The notes beneath the pieces are model-generated. The model was given only the letters and a program-made list of their open reading frames with translations. It did not search any database and was not told the DNA's origin. Below are positions 12,526-26,428 of a stretch of DNA of 64,000 nucleotides, piece by piece (the first letter of the stretch is position 1; each line of letters begins with the position of its first letter). Source of the stretch: Eledone cirrhosa (taxonomy: Eukaryota). Made by a program: the position numbers and the translations under genes. Location: positions 34,286,001 through 34,350,000 of the forward strand of contig OZ024745.1 in the NCBI GenBank assembly GCA_964016885.1. The letters are read 5' to 3'.

Positions 12526-13001
12526 TTTGAATGCACGCATATATCTTTGGAGGTATCATACATTTTCAAATCAAATTTTAATTCAGTCGATGTTCTTCAT
12601 TTAGCAATTGGAACTTTGATAATCAATTTAATAGCAGCAAAACTTGTATTACAAATGAAGCCATATACAACTGACTAGCAGTACACACATTCACATTCAT
12701 ACGCACACACATACATACACACACGCAAACACACAAGCACGCACACATACTCACACTCACACATACACTCATACACACACACAAACATTTTAATATACTG
12801 CCAGTTAACTTGAATATGGCTTCGTTTGTAAAACTTGACATATTTCTCATACAAAATTGTTTTGTGTGAAAAAGATCCATTGATATCTATAAAGATATGT
12901 TAAGTACGCGTGAATATATTTTTGAACTAATTCTGTATTATAGTCGCCAAAATACATTTTCATAATTTTTTTTTTACTTCAACATAATTAAAAAAAAAAA
13001 A

Positions 13002-13465
13002 CACTTTAGTCTTTATTGTGTTGTATCAGATGAAAGAATGGTATTTAACTAATGTATTGGTACGCGATGGGGCCTACCCACAGCCCCGGCGGACAGAATG
13101 GAGGAGGCATTTCCCCGGAGGACTGCAAGGGAGACGCGCTGGAAAAGCCACTCCAACTCGCGGGGCTCACACCTGCGGCTGGCCAGCTCAGCGCCTATGC
13201 TGGTGAGTAAGGAGGTAGCCCTGGGGCCGAGGACACCAGAAGTTTCCACTGCCAGGAGAACGACCGAAAACCTGTCGGAGAGCGACCAGTATTTGAGGAG
13301 TTTGGCCCTCCCTCAGCCCGACGTGCAGCAGAACCTGGGTCAGTCACGGACTGCACCAGGTTGCGGCTGCAGAAAGTGTCGGTGCAAGTGGCATCCCAGA
13401 CGAGGGTTTGCCACCGCGGAACGGGAAATGAGTTGCTGGCGTAAGTTGAAGCCGCCATCTTTTAT
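13002..13465 (-). mobile_element. CRE-clade 3' fragment, second copy, inverted relative to 6500
   Basis: LVWDATCTDTF..., ETSGVLGPRATSLL...WLFQRVSLAVLRGNA; AATAAA near the 3' end. Confidence 0.8.
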
Positions 13466-13624
13466 CCTCACGTAGTCATATCAACCCTAGAGGCAAAGAA
13501 ATACTGACACTCACACGTACATACATGTGTGAGCGTGAAGATGAGAATGAATTGCTGTCGTATAAATTTGTGTGAGTTAATCTTTGTGTATGTACATGTC
13601 ACAACATGCAGATACGTGCCCTAT

Positions 13625-13745
13625 TATTTAGGGAGTAAATCATGCGATTGCAATGTAGTGGGTTCGATTCGAGGACCCTGCGGCACGTTCTAGCCTTAAG
13701 CAAATTATTTTATTTCACTTTGCTACAGTCCGTTCAGCTGAAGTT
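13625..13745 (+). mobile_element. degenerate tRNA-derived SINE, family S2 (CORE-like)
   Basis: GGTTCGATTC B-box followed by CTTAAGCAA...TTTCAC..GCT.CAGT. Confidence 0.55.
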
Positions 13746-14205
13746 TTTTCATTTCAAAGAACATGCTATTTGAATACTTATATGGATGTGCATGTATTGC
13801 GCGTGTGTGTATCCGTGCTTACATGTGTGTGTGTGCGTGCTTACATGTGTGTGTGTGATTATGTGTGTGTGTATGTGTGTGCGTGTATTTGTGTGTTTAT
13901 TTTGCAATAATCGTTTTAAAAATAGGCACAAGGCTAGAAATTTGGTGGAGGAGGAACAGTCAATTAAGTCGGTCCCTACTGGATAGCTACTATATTTCAT
14001 TCATTTTGGAAGGGCAAAAGGCAAAATTGACCACGGCTGGATTCAAATTCAGCACATCCTTTTGGCCTCGATGAAATAAAGTGTAAGTTAAACATAGGAT
14101 CGACTTAAAAGACGGTTCCTCACTCCTCAAATTTTTTACCCTTTGCCTAATGGATGGGAACGTAGAAATAATTGCGATAGTGAACGAGCATGCAGAAAGC
14201 CCAAT

Positions 14206-14906
14206 TTTGGAAGGTTGGATTCTTAGGTTTTGTCAGATCACCTGCTTAAAAGAACAGTATGATAGAGTCGTAGGGGCGCATCTGTGGTTCTTTAAACGTG
14301 GTCTGAACACAGCCAATATATTCTAAAGAAGAGAGACATTGAGAAAGATATATAGAAAATTAATCAACCACAGTACTGGAATTCTAGCTATTCTAGAATT
14401 TTGGGGAAATTTGGGGAACACCAACGGTGAATACTTTTGCATGCTTTTACTGTTCCGTTTACAGGTTTCGTTTAAGAGGTAGTACCTGGTCACACTCCGT
14501 ACATGGAAATTCTATATTTTTCCGAGTTTTACTTACAGAATTTTAATAAAATAGTTAGGTTTACCAATAAACAGTAGGTATAAACGTAGGTTTAGGCGGC
14601 GGATTGGCAGAGCCGCTAGAATGTCGGATAGAATACTTTGCGGTATTCGTTTCGGCTCTCTTCTCTCTGAGTTCAAATTCCGCCGAGGTCAACATTGCCT
14701 TTGATCCATTCAAGTACCAGTCAAGTACTAGAGTCGATTCTTCCTCCATCTCTCTTTGTCATTTCCATTTCTCTCTTCTTTAGAATATATCGGCTGTGTT
14801 CAGACCACGTTTAAAGAACCACAGTTGCGCCCCTACGACTCTATCATACATACACCGTTCTTTTAAGCAGGTCATCTGACAAGACCTAAGAATCCATCCT
14901 TCCAAA
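14206..14906. repeat. ~130-bp inverted repeat pair (14206-14336 / 14770-14906)
   Basis: arms align as reverse complements with few mismatches; the motif recurs at 14910-15030, 20625-20765 and 21095-21230. Confidence 0.8.
14595..14740 (+). mobile_element. SINE (S1-related)
   Basis: GGCGGCGGATTGGCAGA...GAGTTCAAATTCCGCCGAGGTCAAC. Confidence 0.7.
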
Positions 14907-15039
14907 TAAATCTGGTGTATTCAGACTTGGAGAGGATTGGCCTCCGCTAGGTCTTAAAATGTCCTAGAAACGACGTATGTCAATACGGCGCTCCTAAGAC
15001 TCACTCGTAAGTTACGTAACCATGCCATAACTGTATCAA

Positions 15040-15195
15040 GTAGCAGCATGTTTCGAAGTAGTTGTCTATAAAACGTTTTTCTCTTAGATTTTCAAGGATA
15101 TATTCACCTGTTGGGAAGCTGACCTTTATAACTACATAAAGTTTTTCTCTGTCCCAAGCAACTATATCTGGTCTATTATGTACGCACTCTATGTA
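15040..15195 (-). pseudogene. small RLE-LINE endonuclease remnant
   Basis: HNRPDIVAWDREK matches HNRPNIMIWDREK in the 8674 ORF. Confidence 0.65.
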
Positions 15196-16077
15196 CGAAA
15201 TGTATGTATGTATGTATGTATGTATGTATGTGTGTATGTATGTATGCGTGTGTGTGTATGCACCCACGTGCATGCGAGTGTGTATTTATATATGTATGCA
15301 CGTACGAGCGTGCACGTGTGGTTATTTATATATGCATGCATGTGGTATCAATATTTATGTATCCATATATGAATGTAGACTGTATTTAAAGACCTATAAA
15401 CCGCACACGTTTAAGACATGTATGTCTATGTGTGAGTATGGAGATATCCGAATTTGTGTCTGTGTAAGTGTGTGTTCGACATTATGTATGTGTATACGTG
15501 TTTTTGAAGGTTACTGTGTGAGTGTGCGATTTTGAACATGCGTGTGAGCGAATGTGTGTGTGTTGTTGGATTGGTATGCGTGCGCGTGAGTATTTGTGTA
15601 TATGTGTGTGTTTGTGTATACTACTTTTGCTCTCCAGCATATCACTTTCTCTCTCTCTCTCTCTCTCTCGTTCTCTCTTTCTCTCTCTTTCTCTCTCTTT
15701 CTATCTGTTTGTCTCTCTCGCTCTCTCTCTCTTTCTTTCTATCTATATCTCTCTATTTTCCTATCTCTTCTCACAACAGTAATATGTTTTATTTAGATAA
15801 AGTCTGTAATAAAGCAATCCACACCAGGTCTTTCTCACTGATTCTGTTGCTAAGCTATATTGCAAAGTCACATGACATTGATAAAACAAAAGAAAAAAAT
15901 AGACCAAGAAACACAAAAATGCAAATGAATAAAAATATTAATTTTATCTTTTGAAATGTTAAAACAAAATTTAATTTTTCATTGGTAGTATTCCTTCTTT
16001 AACACATGTATGGCATTGTGGTGGTACCCACACAATGTAAAACCAACATACAGTCTTATACACACTCACACACACAG

Positions 16078-16111
<34 letters not shown>

Positions 16112-16179
16112 GAAATAAATAAGAGAGACGGGATTATTCGTGCATCATCATTTTATTATCTAATTCCATATATATATGT

Positions 16180-16210
<31 letters not shown>

Positions 16211-16273
16211 AACACGTATCCCTCTATTAACGTATAAATACATATTTGCATACTTGCATACTTGCATACTTGC

Positions 16274-16306
<33 letters not shown>

Positions 16307-16541
16307 CGCACACAAAAAGTACATACGTGAGCTTGTGTGACTGTGTGTGCTTATACGTGTGTATGTCACTCACTCTCTCTATATCAGTATATATATGTGG
16401 CTATAATTTTTACTAACATTTTTATTTAATTATTATTGGTAGTATTTAGTTATGTAACTCATATTATTTTTTCCGTTATCCGTATTCAGAGATATTTGTT
16501 AAATGATGATCAGGGTTAATAATTATTCCTCTCTTTCTATG

Positions 16542-16659
<118 letters not shown>

Positions 16660-16814
16660 TATATATATATGTGTGTGAGAGAGAGAGAGAGGCTTTAAAA
16701 AATGGACATGTTGCGAAGTTCACGTAAGTTCATACGTAGGTAAACATATGTAAGCGCCTACAGACGCCCACTCACTCATCCACATAAAACATCATATTAT
16801 ATTATATTATATAC

Positions 16815-16861
<47 letters not shown>

Positions 16862-17372
16862 CATATATATACATAAATATATATATGTGTGTGGGTGTAT
16901 ATATATATATATATATATAAGTATACGAACGCATACAGACACACATGCACATTTTTACACACACGTATACGTCTCTATCCTTCGCACACATTCTCGTCTC
17001 GTACATGCTATTACAATATAATTAATAATAATATTGTATGCAAATATTTACATATTCCTTACATCCGCAATTATGTTTAAATTATGACCACTCTCCCTAT
17101 TTATCGCTATCAGCCTGTCTCTGCTACACATAGACTACAATGTAATTAATTACACACCAACACACTTCAGGAATTCTCAGGCTCCAGCCTGTCCAACGTG
17201 TGGACCAATAATTTAATTACGCACATAAATACACCTATCCACGTAAACATTTTTTCCACCTCTCCACATGCATAAATATGACATATATATATATAAACAC
17301 ACACACAGTGACACATACATACATAAATGCCCCCCCCCCCCCACACACACATCCATACATGCATACCCATAC

Positions 17373-17413
<41 letters not shown>

Positions 17414-17461
17414 AGAAGATAAGGTAGTATACATTTATTGTATATATATATATATAGTAAT

Positions 17462-17647
17462 TGTCTCTACTTTAGGCACAAGGCCAGCAATTAACCAGTG
17501 CATTACTGGTACTTTATTTTATCGACCCCGTAAGGATGAAAGGCAAAGTCAATCTCGGCGGGATTTGAACTCAGATCGTAAAGGGACGTAACTATGCTGG
17601 AAAGCATGGCGTCCGACCCTCTACTGATACTGCCAATCCACCGCCCT
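17462..17647 (-). mobile_element. SINE S1, full length
   Basis: reverse complement of the 2546 copy; flanked by TATATATAGTAAT duplication. Confidence 0.88.
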
Positions 17648-17771
17648 ATATATATATATAGTAATAATAATAAATTTCAAGACTAAAATCCAAAGAGGGC
17701 TCGATAAGGATAGAAGATAGAAGATCCCGTTAAGGGCGAAAGCAGCGATTCTTTGCTTAAACTTTAATCTG

Positions 17772-17806
<35 letters not shown>

Positions 17807-17811
<5 letters not shown>

Positions 17812-18335
17812 TATCTCCTTGCTTGACTCACTTCTCGACCGGCACTCGTACGGGTGATGACAGCAGAGCTATGTCGGTGGTGCATCCGGAACCCGCCTAC
17901 CTGAGCAGTCGAACGTATTGCGCCTCGACTCCTTGCCTCTGCAGCGAGTTCAGCACTGCGTTGATTTCGACGCTGTCGAAGGCCTTCTCGTAGTTTACGA
18001 ACGCGACGCAAAGAGGCATCTTGTACTCTTTTGCTCGCTCAAGCAGTTGTGTCAGAATAAATATGTGGTCCATCGTGCTGTACTTTCAGATGGGCGGGAC
18101 ACGTCACCCGGTTCACCGATAATCGGTGGACCCGGGCAGCCTCTGAGTGGTGCCCGCGCGAGCGGAAACGACCACTCGGAAGGCCTCCACCAGGGTGGAG
18201 TTACGATTTTAAGAATACGATTGGGAATACATGGATGAGGAAAGCACGATCCAGAGAGGTATGGACGGCGTGCTGTGACCAGTGGCGCTGAATGGACGCC
18301 CGACAGACTGGTCGGTCAAGGTGATCAAGGTGATA
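17807..18335 (+). mobile_element. 5'-inverted RTE-clade LINE fragment
   Basis: minus 18087-17807 reads STMDHIF..ERAKEYKMPLCVAFVNYEKAFDSVE..KQGDT; plus 18088 onward reads RWAGHVTRFTDNRWT..W.PRERKRPLGRP; tail (TCAAGGTGA)2. Confidence 0.85.
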
Positions 18336-18399
18336 TATATATATATATACACACATCGGCTATAAATCCCGCTGCGTTGAAGAATGACCATACGCTTTT

Positions 18400-18636
18400 G
18401 TACTTAGAACCTTAGAAAGTTCCCCTCCGAGACACAAGTACGGGCAAGGTACTTGTGGAAGGCCGCAGTCAGCTATGAACACAAATCTCCCCTCTCCGGA
18501 ACTCATATACACTGCTGAGTGAATGGGTGCAATATGAAATAAAGTGTCTTGCGTAAGGACTCAACGCGTCACCTGATCCGGGAATCGAACACACTACTTC
18601 ACGGTTTTGAACTTAATGCTCTAACCAGTAAGCTAC

Positions 18637-18637
<1 letters not shown>
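18400..18637 (-). mobile_element. SINE S2 (tRNA head, CORE-like body)
   Basis: reverse strand has GTTCGATTCCCGG then GTCCTT..GCAAGACACTTTATTTCA; relatives at 23290, 38380, 40150 and 42120. Confidence 0.65.
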
Positions 18638-18690
<53 letters not shown>

Positions 18691-18694
<4 letters not shown>

Positions 18695-19040
18695 AAAAAA
18701 AGATGAAATCGAAAATGCAACTGGAGTCTTATTTAAAAATATATATATACATATTTATTTGGTTCCTTTACCGGTTTCGCAGTTCTTCTGCTTTTCAAAA
18801 GATGAGTTGAGATGGACGGTCTGTAGTTTTTCTCACAGGAAAACCACAGACCCTCCAACTCAACTCTACTTTTGAAAAGCAGAAGAACTGCGAAACCGGT
18901 AAAGGAACCAAATAAATATATATATATTTTTTAAAATAAGACTCCAGTTGCATTTTCGATTTCACCTTTTTCTTTATACTTTCACTCGTGTAGGACACCT
19001 CGATTATTTTTCATTTTGTAAAAAAACCTCACTTTCTAAT
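18691..19040 (+). mobile_element. palindromic mini-PLE end, family P3, in (TA)n
   Basis: ~140-bp inverted arms 18691-18976 plus ~64-bp tail; same two boundaries as 33796-34073. Confidence 0.8.
18868..18905 (+). ncRNA. minimal type I hammerhead ribozyme, U3-A8 variant (mirror copy on minus 18765-18802)
   Basis: CTT-TTGAAAA-GCAG aagaa CTGC-GAAA-CCGG-TA-AAG. Confidence 0.75.
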
Positions 19041-19134
19041 ATATAAATATATATATATATATATATAAATATAAAGAGAGAGAGAAAGAGATAGAGAGAG
19101 ATGTATACGCATATATACATACATGTATATATAC

Positions 19135-19221
<87 letters not shown>

Positions 19222-19347
19222 TGTGTGTGTTTGCTTGCGTGTATCTGTGTGTGTTTGTCTGTGTCGTTGTGAGTTTAGAAGTCATCAACAATGCATATTA
19301 GTTTCTATTTAATTTCCAATGGATGAGATCGGGTTCATGATACATGA

Positions 19348-19420
<73 letters not shown>

Positions 19421-19631
19421 ATAATAATAAATTTGAAGACTAAAATCCAAAGAGGGCTCGATGAAAGCAGCGATTCTTTGCTTAAACTTTAATCTGTTAT
19501 TTAATAAATATATATATATATTAATATACACATACATATATATATATATACATAGAATGCCACACCAAGTCAGTGTTTAGTGTTATCTAAAATATCGTTA
19601 GAGGTCAGACTGATCTTACAGAAATGTTACA

Positions 19632-19831
19632 NNNNNNNNNNNNNNNNNNNNNNNNNNNNNNNNNNNNNNNNNNNNNNNNNNNNNNNNNNNNNNNNNNNNN
19701 NNNNNNNNNNNNNNNNNNNNNNNNNNNNNNNNNNNNNNNNNNNNNNNNNNNNNNNNNNNNNNNNNNNNNNNNNNNNNNNNNNNNNNNNNNNNNNNNNNNN
19801 NNNNNNNNNNNNNNNNNNNNNNNNNNNNNNN
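19632..19831. other. assembly gap (200 N) within a (CA)n tract
   Basis: run of N. Confidence 1.
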
Positions 19832-19994
19832 ACACACACACACACACACACACACACATTTATATATATATATATATATATAATATGCATATAGTGGTCG
19901 TAGAGAAGTGTGAGGTATAATTAGTGGATGCTTTTTCGTTCAGTAGTGGTGGAAGTCATTGTATGTATGTATGTATTTATGTATGTATTCATGG

Positions 19995-20079
<85 letters not shown>

Positions 20080-21285
20080 GAAGGTAGATAGGTGGATAAA
20101 TGAATGGTGGGGAGATAGATATAGATATTGAGAGATAACAAATATGTCCAGATAGAGAAAAGATAGACGGACAGATATATCGAGATACAGAATAAGGTGG
20201 TTTCGACTGCTGAAAACGAGCTATTAACTATTGTCAGAGAATGACTGCAGGTTTCAGTCATGCTCCGTTTGATATTACAAACTTCCGTTCATTCTCGAAA
20301 TGCAGAAGATACGTTGAAACGTTCTTCTTTTCCGCATGATTTAATGCTGAAACTTGCTTCCTTTTGGTTTTAGTCAATTTTCTAGCTGACATAACCCTTT
20401 TGAAACCAAACCGTCCTTGCTTCAACAATACAAAGCTATTTATTTTAAAGTGTTTATATTTATCTAAATCACTCCCATTACAATTTTCTTGTTCCAAACA
20501 CATTTTTTTATTTTAATTCTTGTTGTTTTTCCCATCAAGTTGGGGATACTATAATACTGACTGTTGATTAAATTTGATCTAAAATAATAAAACTATTTTC
20601 ACCAACTTAATCATTTTCATCTTTTTCATGGGTCTTTAAACCCCGATAGAGTCGTAGGGGCATCATTATGGCAAATAACGTGTTCTGTGCATTTAAATCT
20701 CGGGGAGTCCATATCTCTCCAGGCCTGAACACTACCGATTTCTTCTAGACAAATAAAGAGAAGAAGCCAGTAATAGACATAAAAGAAGGATCGGTCCCAG
20801 TACTTTATTTATCGACTACAAATGGGTGAAAGCCAAAGTTTTCTGCAGTGGCATTTCAACTTAGAGCATAGAGAACCGGGACGAATATTACGACATTCTA
20901 ACGCCAATTTGCCATCTTCTCCTTATACGCCAATTATATATGAGATAAACCATGAACTAGGTTCTATTCCATGGCAAGGTCAACTCATTCTTCCATACAC
21001 ATACAGTCCCATAACGTATCATTTCAGTGAATCAAGTTTTTAAAATTTACTACTATTTTCTTCCTCTACTCACTTCCATACTTTCGCTCCCAGTCTCACT
21101 TTTTCTGGGAGAGATCGGCTGTGTTTAGATCTAGAAAGGGATCGGTTCCATCATGTTTGAATGTCCAAGACACGCCGTATAATGTGATGACGTCCCAAAG
21201 ACTTCATCAGGAATTAAGACCACATGGTATGACATTAGATAACACAGCTACATGGTATCACATTAGATCATATTATTACAGCTAT

Positions 21286-21442
21286 CGGTAGAGGGTCGGA
21301 TGCCATGCTTTGAAGCATCCCTGTATGATCTGAGTTCAAATCCCGCCGAGGTTAACTTTGCCTTTCATCCTTCCGGGGTCGATAGAATAAAGTACCAGTA
21401 ATGCACTGGGTAATTGCTGGCCTTGTGCCAAATGTAGAAACA
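21286..21442 (+). mobile_element. SINE S1, 5'-truncated, 14-bp TSD
   Basis: ATTATTACAGCTAT at 21272-21285 and 21443-21456. Confidence 0.85.
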
Positions 21443-21632
21443 ATTATTACAGCTATATTGAATTTTTGTATTGAATTACTTTTCAACTTGTAAAATATAG
21501 CACTTCGGATAAAATGTTTTACGGTATTCGTTACGGCTTCAAATCTTGCCGAGCTCAACTTCACCTTTCTTCCATTTGAGTTCCATAAATAATGTACTTG
21601 TCTAATATTGGTACCTATTCTTCTTTTATATT

Positions 21633-21716
<84 letters not shown>

Positions 21717-21722
21717 TCCTCT

Positions 21723-21756
<34 letters not shown>

Positions 21757-22379
21757 CCCCCTCTCTCTCTCTCTGTATCAATCTCTCTGTCGTACTCCCC
21801 ATTTCGTACACACACACACACTCTCTCTCCTTCTTTGTTTCTCTGAAAGAAAGCAGCTGTATTCATACCTAGCGCAGAAGGAGCTCTACAAGTTTTGAAA
21901 TGTCCACATCAGCGCGATTCCATGAGTAATTAAGTGTCCACACCATGATATACATGACATGACTTTCCTATCATGGCTGATCAGTAGGTATACCACAATA
22001 ACAAAAACACTCGAATTTGTTCTTCAGTAAAATTTATCAATATGATTTTTGGAATACATAAAATTACTTTCATTTGCCACTTTCACTTAATCGCTTTCAC
22101 TCGATCATTTGTGAATAGTGTGGACTTCATACTCTCTAATCACCTTTATAACATTAGTGTATCGTGTCTTGATAGGAAATCGTTATACACATTAACCTAG
22201 AATATATCATAATACTTTTTTACTTGTTTTAGCCCACCAGCCGAGGCCATGCTGGTGCACCGCCATTGTTACTTCACTTTCTATAATCACCATTCATTGG
22301 TCGACCACACTCAAGCATATATATATATATATATATATTTGTGTGTGTGTGTGTGTAAAGAGAAGAGAGAGAGAGAGAT

Positions 22380-22410
<31 letters not shown>

Positions 22411-23105
22411 TATGCACGCAAGCCCACACATACACGCACATATATCAGCATACCTCCATTACCACCACACAATCAGTTATTTCAGTACACGTCTTTAGAA
22501 AGAAGTCGTTGAGTACTTATTAATGGTATAATTTTCAGCTATTAATGTTGTTAATTTAAGCCTTAGTTTCAATGCAATATTGTTTAACAATAGCTCCAGT
22601 TGGAATCATTCTTGAATTATTTATATAACTAATAGCACCGTTCATGTAAAGTTACTCTTTACCTAATTCGAATTGAATGTGATCGAAGGCCAGTTGTGAC
22701 AGAAGCCACACACACAGGAGTTTGGTGATTTTTTTTTTCGATTCTTCATTGTGGCCACTTTATGTATATTATTAGTGATAATGCAGAGAAGGCTGAGATG
22801 TTAAGATGTACACTTTGTAGCCATGAGGTCTGTGGTTCGATCTGAATGCATGCTATCTTGGGCAAGTTTCTTTGTTGTTATTAAGGCAAGCCTTGAGAGT
22901 GAAATTGGGTAGATGGAAACCGTTTTGGAAATCCTTCGAAGGGATTTTTTATGTAATTCATATCTTACGTCACGTTGATTCTGCTGAATATTACCAGCCT
23001 TTAAAATACTCAACCACATATTTGTTTATTCGTGACCAAATGACTGAATGCTCATCATCGAAACTGAGGGTAATTAATGTTCCGCGTTACCGCGTGTGTG
23101 TGTGT

Positions 23106-23165
<60 letters not shown>

Positions 23166-25852
23166 GCGCCTGTGTGTGTGTGTATATATGTGTGTCTTTT
23201 ATGCCGTCCGTTGTTCCATGCTAGCGCGTGTTAAGTGAAGGCCGTAAATTATCCGAGTTTCCTGTGGCGCTGAGTGTTTCGGAGTATAAGAGTCTCCTGT
23301 GTGATGGGTCAGCAGTTTGTCGCACGTTTTCCCTAAAGTTCTTTTGGTACACTCTTTTAGCCGAGCAACATATAATTGATTAAGTGCCTTACTTTTCAGG
23401 GCACAATACGCTGCTGAGCCAGGAGAATGTACTCACTACTTCACCGTCGCGATATCAACACCGTAATCACCAAATCACGCGTCTTCATTCTGGTTTATAC
23501 GCTCTGACTGTAATAAACAATTGTACAAGACAAGATTAATCTCAGCTTCTGTTGCTTATACATATGTTCATCTCTGTCGACCGAGACAATGTGTTTTGAA
23601 GTGCCATCGAACCTATCACATTATGATCGTAAGACCAGCATATTAAACACCAGGCTGTATGACTTCCTTCTCGTATATATTCTCACCATTTCATATAAAC
23701 CTCACTTCATATGTATTAATATTATTCCGTTTTATCTCTGCCGTGGTTATTTCCGTACTTTGGTTCTAACGATCTGAATGTTGTTCTTCCTTTTCCAGCA
23801 GCTCCCAAAATACCGACATTACAAACACCAACACTAACAAAGGCACAACAGAAAACACCACATCTGTTACCATCACGACTAACACCACAACTACCATCAC
23901 CGCCAAATACATTAAAACTACAACTACCACCGAACCAGCACCACCACCACCACCACCAGCAACATCAACATCAGGACCATCAATATTAGTAGTATTTATT
24001 ACGGGCAGGAATGAGGTTAAATAGAAAAAGAAATGTAACATTAACCACTTCTTTCTCTCCCTTACTTTTCTTTTATATTCTCATCCTTAACTGTGTTAAC
24101 GAGAATGATCTATAATACAACTGCCATCTTCTTTATATGGTAATCTAATCGTTTTCTGTAGAAAGCTTAAAATGGTGGGCTGTGTTTCAAGCTGAAGTTG
24201 ATAATTTTAACACAACACGCCATAATGACAGCTTTCAAGGAAGTTGAGTGTTACATTAGGATATATCCTAGCAGTGTCAACCTTTTCTTCGATATAATTT
24301 ATGCTAGACTGCAGGTAAAAATGTTCTGTCATTCTGGATTACGTTCAAAATTTTTAGCCATCAACACCGCTTTCCCGTATTATTTTTTATATATATTTTA
24401 TCATACTTTCTTTTCTTTTATCATCAAATCCATCCGATAGAACTTCAAATGTGGTTTTATGTTCTTCATTCCTAATTGATCCGTTCAAATTCTTGTCTAT
24501 TTCACTCAGGAGTGAGATAATAAAAACTGTGAGATTCCATTAGCTTAATGTCTGTCATCTGATAGATAAGAGAAAGTAAAGAAACCTTACAGTTGTTCAC
24601 AATGTAGTATATCTGACCTTTTGCAATCTTAAGATATTGCACTTTAGCTCTGATCTTTTGTAAAAAAGGAAAAACGCTTTGATCTCAAACACAAAACAAC
24701 AATAACATTAACAAAAACCTTTCTGACCTACAAGCATTCCGATTACAAATTCTTGGTAGTTTTACAGGAATTAATCCAGTTTCCTGCCTTTCTGTTATAT
24801 AACCGTAACATCTTCCTCTCTTTCTTTAATTAATATGTTGTTGGAATGTGAATAGCTAAATCAGAACTAAATGAAAATTAATTGGTTAAACGAAACAGGA
24901 TGCATGGTCTTTCACTCGTGAAACAGTGCTTCCTAGACAACAGGAAAATACAGTTTGGTTGATAATAACATTTCCATTATCATTACTGTTAATCTCGGTT
25001 TAGATGGAGATTAAATGCTAAGTGACAACGTAAAGTTTTAGACATATGTATGAACCGCTCAATTTGAGTTTCATGCGATAAGCCCTATGACATATACGCC
25101 TGAGTACATTAGTGTCGTAAGTGAAATGAAATCAAGTTTAAATCTAACAGAGATTATAATACACTTAGTTCTCTTATGATGCCTATATTATATTTCCGCT
25201 TGACCTGCTAAAAATAGAAGATAAATTTGCTTCAAACCATATCCTACCGCCTTAAAATACAAGTCATTGGATAATGAAGTTCTGGATAACCTTAGAACAA
25301 TATACAATAGTCATGGCTTTAATATTCTTGATAATGGGCCTTGGCAATCATGTTTGACTAAAGGGTAAACAACAACACAACATTAAAACTGAAAATAAAT
25401 TGAAATCTGCTGTTAATAAGAATTTCTGATATAAGCATAAGACCTCAGTATTTAACTGGTACTATTTTATCAAACCCTAATATGATGAAAGGCAAATTCA
25501 ACTTCGGCGGGATTTGAAATCGGAAAGTAAAGTGACACAACTAAATGCAGATTCTGCCACCCGTCATCCTTCTAATATTGATTTATAATTCAGACACAAG
25601 GCCAGCAAATTTAGAAAAAGTAAAAATGGATTAAATCGACTCCTCTACTCCAATGGTGCTTTATTTTATCGAGCCCAGAATGATGATAGACAACCTTGAT
25701 CTCGGCGGGCTGTGATCTCAGTATTAAAAGAGCTACAAAAATACCACAATAGCATTTTATCCAATGGTATACTAATCTTGTAAGTCCACCATTCTCGGTC
25801 AATGTTAATAATAACTGTTATTATTGTAATAACTACTATTATTATATGAATA

Positions 25853-26040
25853 AAGGGCGGTGGGTTGGCAGTATTGGTAGAGAGTCGGACACCATGCTTT
25901 CAGCATAGAGTTACGTCACTTTACGGACTCAGTTCAAACCCCGCCGAGGTTAAATTTGGCTTTCATCCTTACGTGGTCGATAAAATAAAGTACCAGTAAT
26001 ATACTGGATAATTGCTGGCCTTGTGCCAAAAGTAGAAACA
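25853..26040 (+). mobile_element. SINE S1, full length, 15-bp TSD
   Basis: ATTATTATATGAATA at 25838-25852 and 26041-26055. Confidence 0.88.
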
Positions 26041-26254
26041 ATTATTATATGAATATAATGCCAAAATATTAACAGGTAATTATTTCATCTATTTCGGTAG
26101 AACGTAAGGGGAAGTCGACCCCTGCAATATTTGAACTAAGAAGATAATATACCGTAAGTTTTTTTACCGCACGCTGAAACGATTCTGCTAATCCATCGCT
26201 TTTTCTATTTTTGTTATCAACAAATTTTTGTTATATAAATAAATAAATAAATAA

Positions 26255-26300
<46 letters not shown>

Positions 26301-26392
26301 GTCAACATGAATGGACCTGTTAGTTTTATCTAAAGACATTTTTTCCAATTCCACCCCGCTTGTCCCTTCAATCTATCTTATTTCTCATTCTT

Positions 26393-26428
26393 TCTTCTGA
26401 TGAAGGACTCGCGTACGAAACATTAAGA
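26393..26428 (+). ncRNA. degenerate minimal HHR (family P5) in a repeat shared with 48708-48840
   Basis: TCTT-CTGATGA-AGGAC tcgc GTAC-GAAA-CAT-T-AAGA; comparison with the other copy gives GAAACGTT. Confidence 0.55.
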
